DNA of 61,784 nucleotides from Clostridiales bacterium (GTDB lineage Bacteria; Bacillota; Clostridia; Caldicoprobacterales; UBA3941): NCBI GenBank assembly GCA_012518535.1, contig JAAYRX010000176.1, positions 1 to 61,784 of the forward strand, read 5' to 3'. Both the position numbers and the translations under genes were made by a program. Shown one piece after another: positions 1 to 9,597 of this stretch (its first letter is position 1; each line of letters starts with the position of its first letter). The notes under the pieces are model-generated. The model did no database searches. It saw nothing but the letters and a program-made list of their open reading frames with translations, and was not told the origin of the DNA.

Positions 1-357
1 AACACTTCAAGGGAGGGAGATGAATATACGGATTTCGTCGGTAATTATTTTGTAGGACATCCTCCCAGATGTGATATGGACGTAAATATAATCCAAGGAC
101 ATCCAATCGTAGAAGGAGTAGAGGACTTCACCATTAGGGATGAACACTACAATATACATGTGACTGCCGATGATATAACCAAGCTTTTTACAACTTCATC
201 GGAAACGGGAGGCTGCCAGGTGGGTGGATATACCCGTGAGATAGGTAACGGGCGGCTTTGTGTATTGACACCGGGCCATATTTTGGGTGTCTGGAGACAT
301 GATGAATTTAGGAAGCTATTCCTTAATGCTGTTCGGTGGTGTGGGAAGAAAATATGA
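1..357 (+). CDS. ThuA-like (trehalose-utilisation, class-I amidotransferase-like) protein, C-terminal part; the 5' end lies upstream of the window
   Basis: Frame 1 is open from nt 1 (NTSREGDEYTDFVGNYFVGHPP...) and runs into the listed 76..357 ORF. The pattern GHPI..G...F...DE.Y ... GNGR....TPGH ... W resembles the ThuA family. A hairpin terminator follows. Confidence 0.6.
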   Translation, partial: NTSREGDEYTDFVGNYFVGHPPRCDMDVNIIQGHPIVEGVEDFTIRDEHYNIHVTADDITKLFTTSSETGGCQVGGYTREIGNGRLCVLTPGHILGVWRHDEFRKLFLNAVRWCGKKI

Positions 358-374
358 TGGTAATGGAAATACAG

Positions 375-408
375 AAAATGCCTGCTATAATTTAATAGCA
401 GGCATTTT
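375..408 (+). terminator. Rho-independent terminator after the ThuA-like gene
   Basis: Perfect 13-bp stem aaaatgcctgcta / tagcaggcatttt with an 8-nt loop; the stem ends in a T run. Confidence 0.6.
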
Positions 409-879
409 AGACAGTAGGCCAAGTAGTAATTTTTATTTTACTATTGATTTCCAGACATTTATCAACTAAACTAGACATTGAGCCCCCTTTTTATTTGGCA
501 TTTGCTAATAAGTTATACTATGGCAGGGCGGGTCATTTTAGCCATAAAGAATTTCATCTTTTGTGGTAGACAGCATTTTTTAAAATCCATTATCTAAGGA
601 TTCAGGGAAATATCAAATAAACCCTGGAGACGATTCGAACAAACATTATCTGGTAGAAGTGATCTCACCTTGTTTTAATAGATTATAATATTTCATTTGA
701 TTTCTGTTAACCCCTACATTAGACCGTGATATTACTGGCATAGGATACCTGGGCAACCAGGCGCAATTGTCATTGGAGCACACCAATGAATTAGTTTTAA
801 ATGTATAGTTAAAGAAAAAAATCGACGAAATGAATGTAGTATTGAGAATGCTCATATAAGAAAATAAGGAGGTATAAGT

Positions 880-1680
880 ATGGGAAGATATAGGTACGGG
901 CTAGAGCTGTATTCTGTGAAAAACGAACTGGAAAAAGACATGCCTGCCACGCTGCAACGGGTCAAGGATATGGGATACGAGGCAGTGGAGTTTTTTGGGG
1001 CATTTAGGTATCCTGCAAAGGAGGTTAAACAAGCCTTGGATGATGCCGAATTAGTCTGTTGCGGTTGGCATACACCCTGGCAATATGTATTGGATGATGC
1101 ATTAAATAACACCATTGAATATTTTCACGTTATCGAGAATCCCTATGTAATAATACCCGGCTTACCCAGGGAGATGACAGGATCCTATGAGCAATGGCTC
1201 CAAAATGCTCAGCTATTCAATGCTGTAGCCCGGAAATTATCGGATCATGGATTGCGCCTTGGATATCATAACCACGCAGGAGAACTTCGTCCTTTTGAAG
1301 ACAGGGATGAATGTCCCTTTACTGTCTTATTTGATAATACGGATCCTTCAATCATTGTACAAATGGATAATGGGCATGTACTAAATGGCAGGGGTATCGA
1401 CATGCTGACACTATTAAAGCGATATCCCGGTCGCTACACGACTGTACATTTAAAACCCTATAGTTTGCAAAAGGGCTCGGAAAACCCACATGATGGATAT
1501 TTAACTATGATTGGCGAAGACGATGTACCTTGGTCTCAGTTTATGACCATGTGCCGTGAAACAGGCGGTACAAAATGGTATATCGTCGAATACGAGAGCA
1601 TTGAACTTTATCCGGAATTTGAGGGCGTAGAAAAGTGCCTTCAGGCTCTTAAAAAGATGGAAGCCGAAGGTAAATTCTAA
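880..1680 (+). CDS. sugar phosphate isomerase/epimerase (xylose-isomerase-like TIM barrel)
   Basis: RBS AAGGAGG lies 7 nt upstream. Motifs GYEAVEF, LGYHNH and YIVEYE are typical of the AP_endonuc_2 / TIM-barrel family. Confidence 0.7.
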   Translation: MGRYRYGLELYSVKNELEKDMPATLQRVKDMGYEAVEFFGAFRYPAKEVKQALDDAELVCCGWHTPWQYVLDDALNNTIEYFHVIENPYVIIPGLPREMTGSYEQWLQNAQLFNAVARKLSDHGLRLGYHNHAGELRPFEDRDECPFTVLFDNTDPSIIVQMDNGHVLNGRGIDMLTLLKRYPGRYTTVHLKPYSLQKGSENPHDGYLTMIGEDDVPWSQFMTMCRETGGTKWYIVEYESIELYPEFEGVEKCLQALKKMEAEGKF

Positions 1681-1777
1681 AGCATCCATATATTAATCTA
1701 GGTAACTGTTTACAGCGTCTGAATCCCAGCTTTGGGTATTTGGCGTTAAATGTATAGAGAGAAAGGAGCGGTAAAGC

Positions 1778-2614
1778 ATGAAGAAGGTAGGGTTTATCGA
1801 TTATTTTCTCGATGAATGGCATGCTAACAACTATCCTGATATGATAAAGAATGCCAGTAAGGGAGAAATGATAGTTACGCACGCCTATGGTAAAGTAGAT
1901 GTGCCGGGAAAGAGGGATAACAAGACCTGGTGTAGTGAAATGGGTATAATCCATTGTAAAACTATTGAACAAGTGGTGGAAGAAACCGACTACATAATAG
2001 TTCTGTCACCTGACAACCCTGAAATGCATGAGGAACTATGCCAAATTCCTCTAAAGTCGGGTAAGCCCGTTTATGTCGATAAGACCTTTGCTCCAACAAA
2101 GCAGATAGCGATAGGACTCTTTGATTTGGCAAAGGAACATAGCACCCCTTTGTTTTCGTCATCAGCGCTTAGGTATTCCAGAGAGGTTATGGAACTGGAA
2201 AAAGGGGATATTGATTTCATTACAAGTGTCGGACCCGGTGAGATGGAGAACTACCTAATCCACCAGGTTGAACCCATGGTTATGCTGATGGACAGTCCGG
2301 CTATAAGACTTATGTATACCGGGACATCCCAGACTCCTTGCTTGGTAATAGACTTTGATAATGATAAACGGGGCGTAATATCAATATTAGTAGAAGATTG
2401 CAGTTTTTCATCCTTTATTAGATATAAGAGTGGTGAAGTTGCCGTAATACCCGAGGCTACAGGATTCTTTGACAGATTTATCATCGATATGGTGGAATTC
2501 TTTAGGACGGGAAAAAGCAAAGTCCCTGATACACAAACCATTGAGATCATAAACATAATTGATAAAGCTGGTTTTGCTCGGGAACATTCTGATACCTGGA
2601 TCGATTTAAAATAA
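1778..2614 (+). CDS. Gfo/Idh/MocA-like protein with a degenerate dinucleotide-binding loop
   Basis: RBS AAGGAG is present. The layout resembles the oxidoreductase N-domain (IIVLSPDNPEMHEEL, GKPVYVDKTFA). The N-terminal GxGxxG/A loop is replaced by VGFIDYFLDEWHANNY, and EKP is replaced by DKT. Confidence 0.45.
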   Translation: MKKVGFIDYFLDEWHANNYPDMIKNASKGEMIVTHAYGKVDVPGKRDNKTWCSEMGIIHCKTIEQVVEETDYIIVLSPDNPEMHEELCQIPLKSGKPVYVDKTFAPTKQIAIGLFDLAKEHSTPLFSSSALRYSREVMELEKGDIDFITSVGPGEMENYLIHQVEPMVMLMDSPAIRLMYTGTSQTPCLVIDFDNDKRGVISILVEDCSFSSFIRYKSGEVAVIPEATGFFDRFIIDMVEFFRTGKSKVPDTQTIEIINIIDKAGFAREHSDTWIDLK

Positions 2615-2648
2615 CATTAAGAATATATTTTTAAGGGGGATATGAAAC

Positions 2649-3710
2649 ATGGGAAAAATTAAAGTAGCAGTAATAGGGTGCGGTACTATTGCAAACAGTG
2701 CCCATATACCATCGTACTTGGCCAATGGACAAGTGGAGATAAAGTATTTTTGCGACATAATACCGGAGAGGGCCCAGGCAGCAGTTGAGAAATATGGCTG
2801 CGGTATAGCTGTCCAGGATTATCGGGATATATTGGACGATGAAGAAGTTACTGCAGTATCCGTCTGTACCCCAAACAATGTACACGCAGATATTTCCATA
2901 GATTTTATGCGGGCGGGTAAGCATGTACTTTGCGAGAAACCCGCTGCCAGAACATACGAGGAAGCCTTAAAAATGCAAAAGGTCCAGCATGAGACGGGGA
3001 AAATACTAAACATAGGGGTTGTAAATCGATTCAATGACGGTGTAAATAAAATTAAGAATATCATAGACAGCGGTGAATTAGGGGAGATCTATCACGTATA
3101 TGCCAGTTTTAGAGCCCACCGCAGTATACCCGGCCTGGGTGGTGCATTTACGACAAAGGAAATAGCCGGTGGTGGAGCCTTAATTGACTGGGGTGTACAT
3201 TTTCTTGATATCGTAATGTATTGCTGCCAGGATCCAAAACCCTTGACAGTAACAGGAGAAGCCTTTTCCAAGCTCGGCAGGGATATGAAGAATTATGTAT
3301 ATACAGATATGTGGGCCGGACCACCCCAGTACGATGGGACTTATGATGTGGAGGATTCCATTACGGGGCTGATAAGAACTGAAGGCCCGGTGATTACGGT
3401 AAATGGCGCATGGGCGCAAAACATCGGTGAAAATGAAATGTTCATAGACTTCATGGGCACTAAGGGTGGAATACGTTTGATGTACGGTGCGGACTTTAAA
3501 CTATACACTACAAAGGGCGGGGCCTTGTTTGAATGTACGCCCAAGTATATATCAAGGGATCATTTCCAAAACGAGATCGACGCTTTTGTAAGATGCATAC
3601 AAACCGGTGAAAAATTACCCTCACATATAGATACCGTAATAATTACGGCCCAGATTATGCAGGCATTATATGACTCGTCCGATCAGCATCAGGAGATCAG
3701 AGTGGGATAA
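2649..3710 (+). CDS. Gfo/Idh/MocA family NAD(P)-dependent oxidoreductase
   Basis: It has the N-terminal Rossmann loop KVAVIGCGTIANSAH and the family motif VLCEKPAA. Length is 353 aa. Confidence 0.8.
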   Translation: MGKIKVAVIGCGTIANSAHIPSYLANGQVEIKYFCDIIPERAQAAVEKYGCGIAVQDYRDILDDEEVTAVSVCTPNNVHADISIDFMRAGKHVLCEKPAARTYEEALKMQKVQHETGKILNIGVVNRFNDGVNKIKNIIDSGELGEIYHVYASFRAHRSIPGLGGAFTTKEIAGGGALIDWGVHFLDIVMYCCQDPKPLTVTGEAFSKLGRDMKNYVYTDMWAGPPQYDGTYDVEDSITGLIRTEGPVITVNGAWAQNIGENEMFIDFMGTKGGIRLMYGADFKLYTTKGGALFECTPKYISRDHFQNEIDAFVRCIQTGEKLPSHIDTVIITAQIMQALYDSSDQHQEIRVG

Positions 3711-3906
3711 TGTCACTATAATACAAAAACTGATAATGGGAAGTAGGGACAGATGAAGTACTCGTCTGTCCCTGCTCGATTCCTACATATGGATATTGAA
3801 AAAGTAGCATATATTAGTGTATAATTCTGTTTAATCAATATCGTTCCAAGGGCTTCATATATTTACAGCACTGGCACGAGACTTTAAATATCCAAAGGGG
3901 ATCGTT

Positions 3907-4470
3907 ATGAATAAGGAGTATACAATATATATTTTGCTGACATATAGCGGGACATTACCTTCCAGGTTTATAAAGATGTATACCAGGGAGCCCTATTCCC
4001 ATGTATCCATTGCATTTGACTCAGAATTGAAGGAGCTGTATAGTTTTGGAAGACTGAAACCGTCAAATCCCCTAATTGGAGGATTTGTCAGGGAGGATAT
4101 TTTATATGGAACCTTTGGTAGATTTCCCGAGACCCAATGTGCCTTATATTCCGTCACCATTAATAGCTACCAATATTATAGATTGAGGATGGAGCTAAAT
4201 AGATTTTTAACGGATGCAAAAAAATATGGATACAATTTTTTAGGGCTACTGGGCGTAATGTTGGGAATACCTGTTCAAAGGACATATAAATATTTTTGCT
4301 CACAATTTGTTGCTACCCTACTGGCAAATAGCGGGATAGACTTATTTGGTAAGCCTCCAGCTCTTGTTTCTCCAATGGATTTTAGAATGTGTAGCAAGTT
4401 GAATCTGTTATATGAGGGAAAACTAAGAGCATACGGCTTATTAGCGTCCTATAAGGATGTTATATCGTAA
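3907..4470 (+). CDS. YiiX/YaeF-like permuted papain-fold (C92-type) protein
   Basis: His precedes Cys (YSHVSIAF ... KYFCSQFVA), as in permuted NlpC/P60-like amidases. RBS AAAGGGGA is present. The assignment rests on motif order only. Confidence 0.45.
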   Translation: MNKEYTIYILLTYSGTLPSRFIKMYTREPYSHVSIAFDSELKELYSFGRLKPSNPLIGGFVREDILYGTFGRFPETQCALYSVTINSYQYYRLRMELNRFLTDAKKYGYNFLGLLGVMLGIPVQRTYKYFCSQFVATLLANSGIDLFGKPPALVSPMDFRMCSKLNLLYEGKLRAYGLLASYKDVIS

Positions 4471-4482
4471 GCTTAACCGGCA

Positions 4483-6024
4483 TTACACAGAGCGGGCAGA
4501 CAGGACTAAATCCCTTATAATGGAGAAGGTGCCGGTTATATAAAGGATTAGCATATAGGTAAGGATACCCACCAGGGCAGATAAGGAAAGGGATGTGGCA
4601 GGGCTTGTTGTGCCATTAATAAGCCATATATATGCAAGTTTGGATAAAGAGATGGTAAGCAGGGATGCGAGCATAGGCTTTAAAAACCATTCTGCCCAAT
4701 CGATTGATATTTTAGCAGTTTTGCATACGGCAACAAATTGCATCAACAGGACCACAAGGCTTGAAAAGAAAAACCCTATAATGTATCCGTATATACGCAA
4801 GCCCGGATGCGCTACCAGAAAGTAAATACTCGTTAGTTCTATGGTTTCTCCAACAATTGAGAATGTGGCGGACTTATTTTGCTTACCCAGCCCATTTAAA
4901 ACACCGCTTAGGGTGTGGTTTAATGCATTGACAGCTGAAAAATATGCCATAAGTTCCAGTATGCTACCAACCCCTTCTTGGTTATACAATAAGAGACCAA
5001 TTGGATGGGCCAGGGCTGTCATGACGGCGCCAAAAGGCAATACGGCAACGGTAGTCATGAATATGGCCTTAGATATTTTAGAGCGTATTCTTTTCCAGTT
5101 GTTATGTGCTAAATCCTCTGACAGATTTGGGATTATAACAACGGTTAAGGGGCTTCCAAATGTAAAGGGTATAAACATGAGCGGGATCACCATACCGTTT
5201 AAGATCCCCAAAAGACTCATGGCCTGACTATGGGTGAGACCGGATTTAACCAATCTTTGGGGAATTAGAATAGAACCTATTGATGTGCTCAGGGAATAAA
5301 CCAAGCGGATTAAAGTAACGGGACCGCTAATCCTTAGAATGTCTGTGATAAGGGAAGAAGATCCTGTTCTATTTCTGGATAACGGTATGGTCGTACGATA
5401 TCTGTAGTAGCTATGGCTTAAGAGTAATAGAGATGATAATTCCCCTAAAACGATGGCCAGGGCTACAACTGTTACCTGGGCGGAGACTTCTAAATGTTTG
5501 GCTTTTTCAAGGAAATACAATGCCAATACTATGGTGATTATTTCCTCGACCAATTCGGATAGTGCAGGAGGATAGAAATTTTTAACGCCATAGAAATAGC
5601 CCTTGAAGACTGCACTTACTGACATCATTATTATTGCGGGATACAATGCAAGAAGAGGGCCGTAGGCGCGGGGCTCCTTTATAAGGTCGTAGGTAATGTA
5701 ATCAATATTTAAGATTAAGAGCAAACATACAAATAAGGATAGCGATATGATTAACTCTAGGCTAGTAAGGAGAATTCTGCGTTCACCGTTGTAATCTCCT
5801 TTTGCCCTTTTCTTGGCTACCAGCCGGGATACAGCTATGGGAATACCTGCTGATATTAGTGCCAGGGAAGTAAATATGACAGGCATTACCAGCTGTAATA
5901 CACCCATACCCTCAGATCCTATGCTTCTGCTCAGCAATACACGATACACAAATCCCAGTAGGCGTAGTAATATGTTTGAAAGGGTAAGGATGAAAGTACC
6001 CTTCATAATAGTATTTCTATCCAT
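4483..6024 (-). CDS. spoVB: stage V sporulation protein B / MOP-superfamily polysaccharide (lipid II-like) flippase
   Basis: It is a multi-TM protein. The N-terminus MDRNTIMKGTFILTLSNILLRLLGFVYRVLLSRSIGSEGMGV aligns with the SpoVB N-terminus. I chose the start at the ATG preceded by GAAGGGA; the listed ORF extends 20 codons further to 6084. Confidence 0.6.
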   Translation of the reverse strand: MDRNTIMKGTFILTLSNILLRLLGFVYRVLLSRSIGSEGMGVLQLVMPVIFTSLALISAGIPIAVSRLVAKKRAKGDYNGERRILLTSLELIISLSLFVCLLLILNIDYITYDLIKEPRAYGPLLALYPAIIMMSVSAVFKGYFYGVKNFYPPALSELVEEIITIVLALYFLEKAKHLEVSAQVTVVALAIVLGELSSLLLLSHSYYRYRTTIPLSRNRTGSSSLITDILRISGPVTLIRLVYSLSTSIGSILIPQRLVKSGLTHSQAMSLLGILNGMVIPLMFIPFTFGSPLTVVIIPNLSEDLAHNNWKRIRSKISKAIFMTTVAVLPFGAVMTALAHPIGLLLYNQEGVGSILELMAYFSAVNALNHTLSGVLNGLGKQNKSATFSIVGETIELTSIYFLVAHPGLRIYGYIIGFFFSSLVVLLMQFVAVCKTAKISIDWAEWFLKPMLASLLTISLSKLAYIWLINGTTSPATSLSLSALVGILTYMLILYITGTFSIIRDLVLSARSV

Positions 6025-6135
6025 AAAATCATCCCTTCTGTATGTGAATATAGTATTCAAGGGTATGAGGAAATAGAAGTCCATAGATAAACCAGGATCC
6101 TAATGATTAGACAGTGCCGATTTGGGATAGCATTA

Positions 6136-6164
6136 TTGATTTGTTTTTAGACATACAGTATATT
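6136..6164 (+). promoter_or_regulatory. sigma-A type promoter for the NusG paralog
   Basis: TTGATT - 17 nt - TATATT, about 140 nt upstream of the ATG. Confidence 0.5.
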
Positions 6165-6303
6165 ACAATGGAGTGTGAAAACCTCAATCTAAGGGTAGCA
6201 AACGATGGCCCTAATTTATTGGAAATATTCTCAAAACCGTTATACAAGGTATGTGTGAAGCTTCCCGATTGGATGATGCGGGAGTAATAGTTGGAGGTTG
6301 TTC

Positions 6304-6834
6304 ATGAAGTGGTATGCAATTTTTGTTGAGACTGGTCGTGAGGAAGAGGTACAAAAGTTTATTGAGCTTCTGTTTCCGGGTGAGGAGATTCGTACCTTGG
6401 TACCTAAAAGAAAACTGATAGAGCGAAAACAGGGAAAAACCTATGAAACCATAAAAAACTTAATACCGGGCTATGTTTTAACTCAAACAAAGATGAGCGT
6501 TGAGCTGTATTATGGGCTTAAGGCTCTTCCTGCGGTCTACAGGGTTTTGAAGGATGACAGCGAACCGATACCCATAGAGAAAGAGGAGATGGATATGATC
6601 CTTAACCTAACCCGGGATGGGGAGGTCATTGAGCTATCGGATATCTACAAGGAGGGGAATCATATCAGGGTTTTAAACGGCCCGCTTATGGGCATGGAAG
6701 GGATAATCGAGAAGTTCGATCATAGAAAGAAAAGAGTCAAGGTTCGCCTGGAGTTTTTGGGTGAATATAAAAGGGTAGACTTGGGTGCAAATATGGTTAG
6801 TCCGCAACGTTTTGGAAAGACAGACAATAACTAA
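6304..6834 (+). CDS. NusG-family paralog (NGN + KOW domains; LoaP/specialised-antiterminator-like)
   Basis: It has an NGN-like start (MKWYAIFVETGREEEVQKFIE) and a KOW-like segment (HIRVLNGPLMGMEGIIEKFDHRKKRVKVRL). It is not in the secE-nusG-rplK context. RBS GGAGG lies 7 nt before the ATG at 6304. Confidence 0.7.
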   Translation: MKWYAIFVETGREEEVQKFIELLFPGEEIRTLVPKRKLIERKQGKTYETIKNLIPGYVLTQTKMSVELYYGLKALPAVYRVLKDDSEPIPIEKEEMDMILNLTRDGEVIELSDIYKEGNHIRVLNGPLMGMEGIIEKFDHRKKRVKVRLEFLGEYKRVDLGANMVSPQRFGKTDNN

Positions 6835-6873
6835 AGGCCGGGAGCCTCCATTATGGCTCCGGCCTTTGTATTT
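6833..6873. terminator. bidirectional terminator between the NusG paralog and glyQS
   Basis: GC-rich stem ggccgggagcc / ggctccggcc, flanked by an A run upstream and a T run downstream. Confidence 0.7.
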
Positions 6874-8263
6874 AAAACGAAGTTTTTTCTTCAAGATATT
6901 TTTCTACCTCGTCGATGGGTAACCTGATCTGAACCATTGTATCCCTATCGCGAATAGTAACGCTATGATCCTCCAAGGTATCAAAATCGACGGTTATACA
7001 GTAAGGAGTACCTATCTCATCCTGGCGGCGATATCTCCTACCTATGCTGCCGGATTCATCATAATCCACCGGGAACTTTTTCGATAACCTGCTGTACACC
7101 TTTTGGGCCTGGTCCCTGAGCTTTTTAGATAGGGGCAATACAGCAGCCTTAAAGGGAGCAAGATAGGGATGCAACCTTAATACCGCCCTGGAATCCCCGC
7201 CTTCCAATTCCTCCTCATTATAGGCAGCGCATAGGAAGGTGAGAACCAACCTGTCTACACCTACTGAAGGTTCTACACAGTATGGGATATAACGCTCGTT
7301 GGTTTCAGGATCAATATAGGTGAAGTTTTCACCCGAGTGTTCACTATGTTGCTTTAAATCAAAATCGGTCCTGTTGGCTATGCCCCAAAGCTCTCCCCAA
7401 CCAAAAGGAAACAGATATTCAAAGTCCGTGGTGGCTTTACTGTAATGGGACAATTCCTCCTGGCTATGATCTCTGGTTCGCAGCTTTTCTTCCGGGACAC
7501 CCAGGTTCAGAAGCCAATTCCTGCAATAATCCCTCCAGTAATGGAACCATTCCATATCCTCACCTGGTTTACAAAAGAATTCCAGTTCTGCCTGTTCAAA
7601 CTCTCTGGTTCTGAAGATAAAATTGCCGGGGGTGATTTCGTTCCTAAAGGATTTTCCAATCTGTCCTATGCCAAAGGGTATCTTTTTGCGGGATGTCCGA
7701 AGTACATTCCTAAAATTAACGAAGATACCCTGAGCTGTTTCAGGCCTTAGATATAGCTCGGATTGGGAATCCTCGGTAACCCCTTGGAAGGTTTTGAACA
7801 TTAGGTTAAAATATCTTACATCGGTAAAGTTATGTTTACCGCATTGAGGACAAGGCACATCATTATCCCGAACATAGTTTTCCAGCATCTTGTCGTCCCA
7901 TCCGTCTATCTGTGGATTATCGATGCCCTGGCCCTTCATAAAATCTTCCACCAAAGTATCAGCCCTGAACCGGGATTTGCATTCCCTGCAATCCATCAAT
8001 GGATCGGCGAACCCGCCAACATGGCCGGAAACTACCCAGGTTTTTGGGTTCATGAGTATAGCCGCATCCATACCCACGTTGTATGGGCTTTCCTGGATAA
8101 ACTTTTTCCACCATGCTCTTTTCACATTATTCTTTAATTCTACACCCAGGGGTCCATAATCCCAAGTGTTGGCCAGCCCACCGTAGATTTCAGACCCCGG
8201 ATAGATATATCCCCGCCCTTTGCATAGAGCGACGATTTTTTCCATATTGACTTCTGTTGCCAA
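6872..8263 (-). CDS. glyQS: glycine--tRNA ligase (dimeric GlyQS type)
   Basis: The sequence [52 protein letters not shown] is a near-canonical GlyRS N-terminus. Length is 463 aa, the start is TTG after GGGAGG, and a Gly T-box precedes it. Confidence 0.95.
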   Translation of the reverse strand: MATEVNMEKIVALCKGRGYIYPGSEIYGGLANTWDYGPLGVELKNNVKRAWWKKFIQESPYNVGMDAAILMNPKTWVVSGHVGGFADPLMDCRECKSRFRADTLVEDFMKGQGIDNPQIDGWDDKMLENYVRDNDVPCPQCGKHNFTDVRYFNLMFKTFQGVTEDSQSELYLRPETAQGIFVNFRNVLRTSRKKIPFGIGQIGKSFRNEITPGNFIFRTREFEQAELEFFCKPGEDMEWFHYWRDYCRNWLLNLGVPEEKLRTRDHSQEELSHYSKATTDFEYLFPFGWGELWGIANRTDFDLKQHSEHSGENFTYIDPETNERYIPYCVEPSVGVDRLVLTFLCAAYNEEELEGGDSRAVLRLHPYLAPFKAAVLPLSKKLRDQAQKVYSRLSKKFPVDYDESGSIGRRYRRQDEIGTPYCITVDFDTLEDHSVTIRDRDTMVQIRLPIDEVEKYLEEKTSF

Positions 8264-8283
8264 TTTACATACCTCCCAAAATC

Positions 8284-8484
8284 AAAATAAAAAGCCTTCC
8301 ATCCCATAAGGGACGAAAGGCATAGCTTCCGCGGTTCCACCCTTTTTGATCTATATAGATAGATCCTCTCATAAAAGAAAAGCTCCAAGACGCCCTTCGT
8401 TGAACCATAACCTCGGGCTTCCACCATTCCCGAGTCGCTTAGGTCAGGGGATTCAACTACTCCTTCTCATCATCGCAATGCTTA
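8284..8484 (-). promoter_or_regulatory. T-box leader (glycine specifier) with terminator
   Basis: The reverse complement contains ATTGCGATGATGAGAAGGAGTA, a specifier region GAAGGGCG (GGC, or GGG, both Gly), the T-box sequence AAAAAGGGTGGAACCGCGGAAGC, and the terminator GCCTTTCGTCCC..GGGATGGAAGGCTTTTTATTTT. Confidence 0.9.
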
Positions 8485-8489
8485 CATCT

Positions 8490-8517
8490 ATATTACCAAA
8501 GGCGAGGGAAATGTCAA
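8490..8517 (-). promoter_or_regulatory. sigma-A promoter of the glyQS T-box leader
   Basis: Minus strand reads TTGACA - 16 nt - TAATAT. Confidence 0.55.
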
Positions 8518-8638
8518 GAAAAAAGTTTTTTCTGATAAAGTGGAAAAATCATGAGGTATAATATAGAATATACATGAGGTTTACCTATTATGGAAGCTTA
8601 CCTGATGTGACAGCTAAAATAAACTAGGAGGTGTCGTT

Positions 8639-9511
8639 ATGAAGTTTGGTGTGAGTTCCTACAGTTTAATCAACCTGGTACGCAGTGGACAGATCAAGCA
8701 GTTGGATGTTATTTACATAGTCAAAGAGATGGGATGTGACCTCATTGAATTTGTACCCTTTATATTGGAAGAGGGCGAAACCAATGAGGATTTTGCCATC
8801 CGGGCCAGGGAAGAATGCTTGAAGGTGGGTTTAGAGATAGGAAGCTATACGGTAGGCGCAGATTTTATTAATGGTTCGGATGGGGACTTGGATGCAGAGA
8901 TTCAAAGGGTCAAGGGCGAAGTTGACATCGCAAGGCTTCTGGGAGCTAAAACCATGAGACATGATGCGACCATTGGTTTTCCCAAGGAACACAAGGGACC
9001 AAGGGATTTTGATGCGGCTCTTCCAAGGTTGATAGAGGGTTGTAGGGCTGTTACGGAATATGCCCAGCAATTCGGCATCAAAACCATGATAGAAAATCAT
9101 GGGTTTTTTTGCCAGGACAGTGATAGAGTAGAAAAACTGATTAACGGTGTAAACCATCCCAACTTCGGACTCCTATTGGACATGGGCAATTTTGTCTGTG
9201 TTGATGAAAGTCCGGAGATTGCAATGGGTAAGCTAATACCTTATGCCTTCCATGTCCATGCCAAGGATTTTCATATAAAATCAGGAATACATCCAGATCC
9301 GGGCAAGGGTTGGTTTAGGTCCAGGGCTGGAAATTATCTAAGGGGTGCCATAATTGGGCACGGTGATGTAGCCATCCCACAATGTCTCAGAATAATCAAA
9401 GATGCGGGCTATGAAGGTGCATTATCTATTGAATTTGAGGGGTTGGAGAATCCAAGGATGGGTGTGGAGATAGGGCTTGAGAACCTGCGTAGATACTTGA
9501 AGCTCCTCTGA
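8639..9511 (+). CDS. sugar phosphate isomerase/epimerase (xylose-isomerase-like TIM barrel)
   Basis: RBS AGGAGG is present. The motifs MIENHG, LLLDMGNF and HVHAKD fit the TIM-barrel isomerase / AP endonuclease 2 family. Confidence 0.7.
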   Translation: MKFGVSSYSLINLVRSGQIKQLDVIYIVKEMGCDLIEFVPFILEEGETNEDFAIRAREECLKVGLEIGSYTVGADFINGSDGDLDAEIQRVKGEVDIARLLGAKTMRHDATIGFPKEHKGPRDFDAALPRLIEGCRAVTEYAQQFGIKTMIENHGFFCQDSDRVEKLINGVNHPNFGLLLDMGNFVCVDESPEIAMGKLIPYAFHVHAKDFHIKSGIHPDPGKGWFRSRAGNYLRGAIIGHGDVAIPQCLRIIKDAGYEGALSIEFEGLENPRMGVEIGLENLRRYLKLL

Positions 9512-9597
9512 TATCATAATTGGGTAATCCGTTTAATATCGGCCGGACTTAAGTGAATCATTCCTGCCAGAGTCATGATCTTTTTAGGAGTAGACAG

